A stretch of DNA of 63,479 nt, filler included, from Folioceros fuciformis (lineage: Eukaryota), in the NCBI GenBank assembly GCA_049999805.1. It is 20 parts of 20 records of this genome, joined end to end, with 100 filler letters (N's around TTAATTAATTAA, not from the genome) between each part and the next. Parts side by side here need not be neighbours in the genome. Positions count along the whole stretch, not along the records: positions 60,937 to 63,479 come from JBNGIO010002405.1; 19 more parts are not named here. One strand, written 5' to 3'. Under the pieces are notes generated by a model. It was given only the letters and a program-made list of their open reading frames with translations. It made no database searches and was not told the DNA's origin. Shown in pieces: positions 60,837 through 63,479 of the stretch (its first letter is position 1; every line of letters starts with the position of its first letter). Position numbers and translations under genes: made by a program.

Positions 60837-60981
60837 NNNNNNNNNNNNNNNNNNNNNNNNNNNNNNNNNNNNNNNNNNNNTTAATTAATTAANNNNNNNN
60901 NNNNNNNNNNNNNNNNNNNNNNNNNNNNNNNNNNNNGTGAATGGGGTCGTGAGGGGAAAGGCCTGCGGCGCGGGGAGGACC

Positions 60982-62429
60982 ATGGACGGGCCGCCGATGC
61001 AGTCCAGCATGGCCCCCGAGACGCAGGAGGCTATGGTTGGCGCGCTGATGGCAACGGCGGCCGCCATTAATGTGGCGACGCAGTTTTTGGCGGGGAATTC
61101 CACCACTAATCCGGTGGCGTTGGCCAAGCTGATTGAGGAGCAGGAGGAGAGCAGCACGGACCTGATCGCCACCGTGGTGAATGGGTATGTGAATGACCCG
61201 CTGCTGGTGCACATGACGGACATGCTTCCGAGCACGCAGCTTTTCGGGACGCGGCGGATGTCGTCGCAGTGGTACATCAAGCCGCGGTCGAAGATGGAGA
61301 TTGCGGTGCAGAACGAGGACATGGCGCTGTGGAAGCAGTTTTTCAGGGTTTCCAAGAGTTGCTTTGAGTACATATGCTCGCTGGTGGCGCCGGATTTGCA
61401 GTCCAGGACTCCTGACTCGTTCAAGTTCATCGGTGGCAGGGTTATCACTGTCGATAAGCAGGTGAGGGGTTGGGTGTTGTGTGAGCTGCTTTCGGGGGTG
61501 GGGCTGTGAGGCAGCGCTCATGACTTTGTGGTGTGCTGGATTAGGTTGCAATTGCCTTAAGGCGGTTGTCGCACGGGGAGGGGACTAATACCATTGGCGA
61601 CATGTTCGGTGTTGCCAAGAATACTGTGAGTAAGATCACCTGGCGGTTCGTGAAAGCCATAACGAGGGCGGGGGGGCACCACCTGCAATGGCCTCATGGA
61701 GGCGACATGGATATGGTGAAGGAAGGCATCAGAAGCATGCATGGTTTCCCCAACTGCTGTGGTGTACTGGACGTGACGCACATACAGATCGAGCTTCCTG
61801 CTGGGAATGCCGCTGCTGATTGGGAGGACAGGGAGCACAATTACAGCATGATTTTGCAAGCTATCGTGGATGCCAATTTTAGGTTTTTGGACGTCTTCGC
61901 TGGCTGCCCTGGGAGTGTGTATGATTCCCGGGTCTTGCGAATATCTGGGTTTTACAGGGATTGCGAGAACGGGGTTCGTTTGAACGGCCCTCAGGAGGTG
62001 GTGCACGGCTTCCCCCTGAATGAGTATGTCATCGGGGACGCTGCGTTTCCTCTTCTACCGTGGCTCATCACGCCCTACACGACGGCAGAAGTGTGCTTCT
62101 CTCAGTTCAGGCATGAATTTAACTTGAAGCATGCCGCCACGCGAGTTGTTGTGGATGATGCTTTTGCAAGGTTGAAAGGCGCTTGGCGGATTCTACATGG
62201 CCTATTGCGCCACCCTGATATTCAGAAGTTGTCGCACATCATTTATGTGTGCTGTTTGCTTCATAACATCATGATTGATACAGGGGAGGAGTTTGACGAG
62301 AATACTTGTCCACTGGTCGGCCACCATGACGAAGGCTACTTTCAGCAAATTTCATTGACAGCTGAGGATCGGGGCAAGCACAACAGGGCTGTCCTCACCG
62401 AGTACCTTGCTGCAGCAGATTTTGCTTGA
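60982..62429 (+). CDS. ALP1-like/HARBI1-like domesticated PIF/Harbinger nuclease; exons 60982-61461 and 61545-62429 (start uncertain, frame open to contig edge)
   Basis: 83-bp phase-0 GTGAGG...TTAG intron joins VDKQ to VAIALRRLSHGE; GFPNCCGVLDVTHI, NYSMILQAIVD, YVIGDAAFPLLPWLITPY, CCLLHNIMID, GHHDEGY match plant ALP1/At3g55350-type proteins as I recall them. Confidence 0.93.
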
Positions 62430-63479
62430 CTTGTGGCCGCTCTTTTTTCTGGGTGGAAGAGAGGGCCGCCTAGCATCCGAGATTCTTGAACTAACACTAT
62501 CAGTACTGACATCCGCAGCAACATGGAAGTCCAAGACAATGTACATATTGCTCGTTCTATCAAACACTGTGGCGCTACTTTTCCTTCATCCGGTGACTAT
62601 GACTATCTAGGAGAGTCTTTGAGAGTTATGTCACATCTTGCCCATCTGACTCGACAAGAGGGTGAATTCTCGTTTTTTGAAGCGTAGACGGAGACGGAGG
62701 AGGGTATTGATTTTCCTAACGACGAAGGTTTAATGTTCCCCTGATCTTGTTCCTTCTTCTGAACATTTATTCGACACTGCTCATGAGATGTTCACAAATC
62801 CTGAAACTGTCGATATGGTGTAAGAGGCAAGTCTACCAGGTCAGCTTGGAGTGAAAGGGAAGGCGGTCACTAATGCGTATTCGAGCCTAGAAGGCGCAGT
62901 CCTGCTGCCGTCCGTCATTTCTGATACGCCCTCGAAACAGGGGACAGGCCATCATCAGGTGTGGATCCGGTCTCTCATTTGGTCTTGCCAATGGAAACCC
63001 TCGAAAGCGAAACCTGGTATTTGCAGTCTGCATATGTGATCACGTCTTTGTAAGCTATGCTATCAGCACGATCTGAGTCCGGCCATGAATCAACCCTTCA
63101 CCTTGTCTCGGGAATGATGAAAAGCGAAAAGATTAATGTGAAGGAAAGATTCATTTTATCCCTCCGTAAACCTCAGGGAGTAGGATGGGATGCCCGTGTC
63201 CCCCACTTTAGAGAAAATGAATTCCAAAGGTACTGTTCCAAATTTAACACGTTTCCAGGTACGATGTACCAGAGTGATAAATGGCAGCCCGGTTTGTGCT
63301 CTTGGCTTGAAACGGGTCATGGAAAGTGTGTGCCACATTCACCAGCCCAAGACGACCGCACGAGGCAGGACTATGGCATACCAAAGGGGACACGCCCCCT
63401 CTCTAGGATTTTTTACAAACACATCGGTTATGCGACTTTGAAGGCCAAAACCAAACCGGACATGCGACTTTGAAGGCCA

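Larger units (their letters stand above)
3362..60936. other. 19 artificial 100-bp contig-joining spacers (N44-TTAATTAATTAA-N44) starting at 3362, 6992, 9429, 13468, 20770, 22735, 25767, 27962, 29726, 32273, 34430, 38733, 41583, 44488, 47834, 51915, 55220, 57473, 60837
   Basis: Same length and same 12-mer each time; the 12-mer places stop codons in all six frames. Confidence 0.98.

Noticed and set aside
60937-63479. Autonomous PIF/Harbinger transposon
   Set aside because: No TIR or Myb/SANT ORF visible, and the C-terminus fits the domesticated ALP1-like group; the 5' flank is missing, so not fully excluded.

Overview
Repeat-rich eukaryotic nuclear DNA, most likely a streptophyte (green plant or charophyte alga; inferred from the ALP1-like gene, tRNA-Met-primed copia elements and TTTAGGG tracts). 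It consists of 20 short contigs joined by 19 artificial 100-bp spacers (N-TTAATTAATTAA-N), so adjacency across gaps means nothing. Most of the window is nested, decayed transposable elements: many Ty1/copia fragments, a related group of LTRs nested in each other, three copies of an element carrying accessory ORFs, two copies of a Ty3/gypsy-type gag, CRE-like non-LTR remnants and a Mutator-like remnant. The main finding is a Ty3/gypsy-type element (13568-17747, minus strand) in which gag and the aspartic protease are followed in the same reading frame by a full C5-cytosine DNA methyltransferase domain. The same contig and strand carry a gypsy-type integrase C-terminus fused to an intact PHD finger. 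Two intact-looking genes are also present: an ALP1/HARBI1-like domesticated Harbinger nuclease with one intron, and a 350-aa ORF with a RING-H2 finger split by a 105-aa insertion. All domain calls come from motif recognition by eye; no database searches were run.
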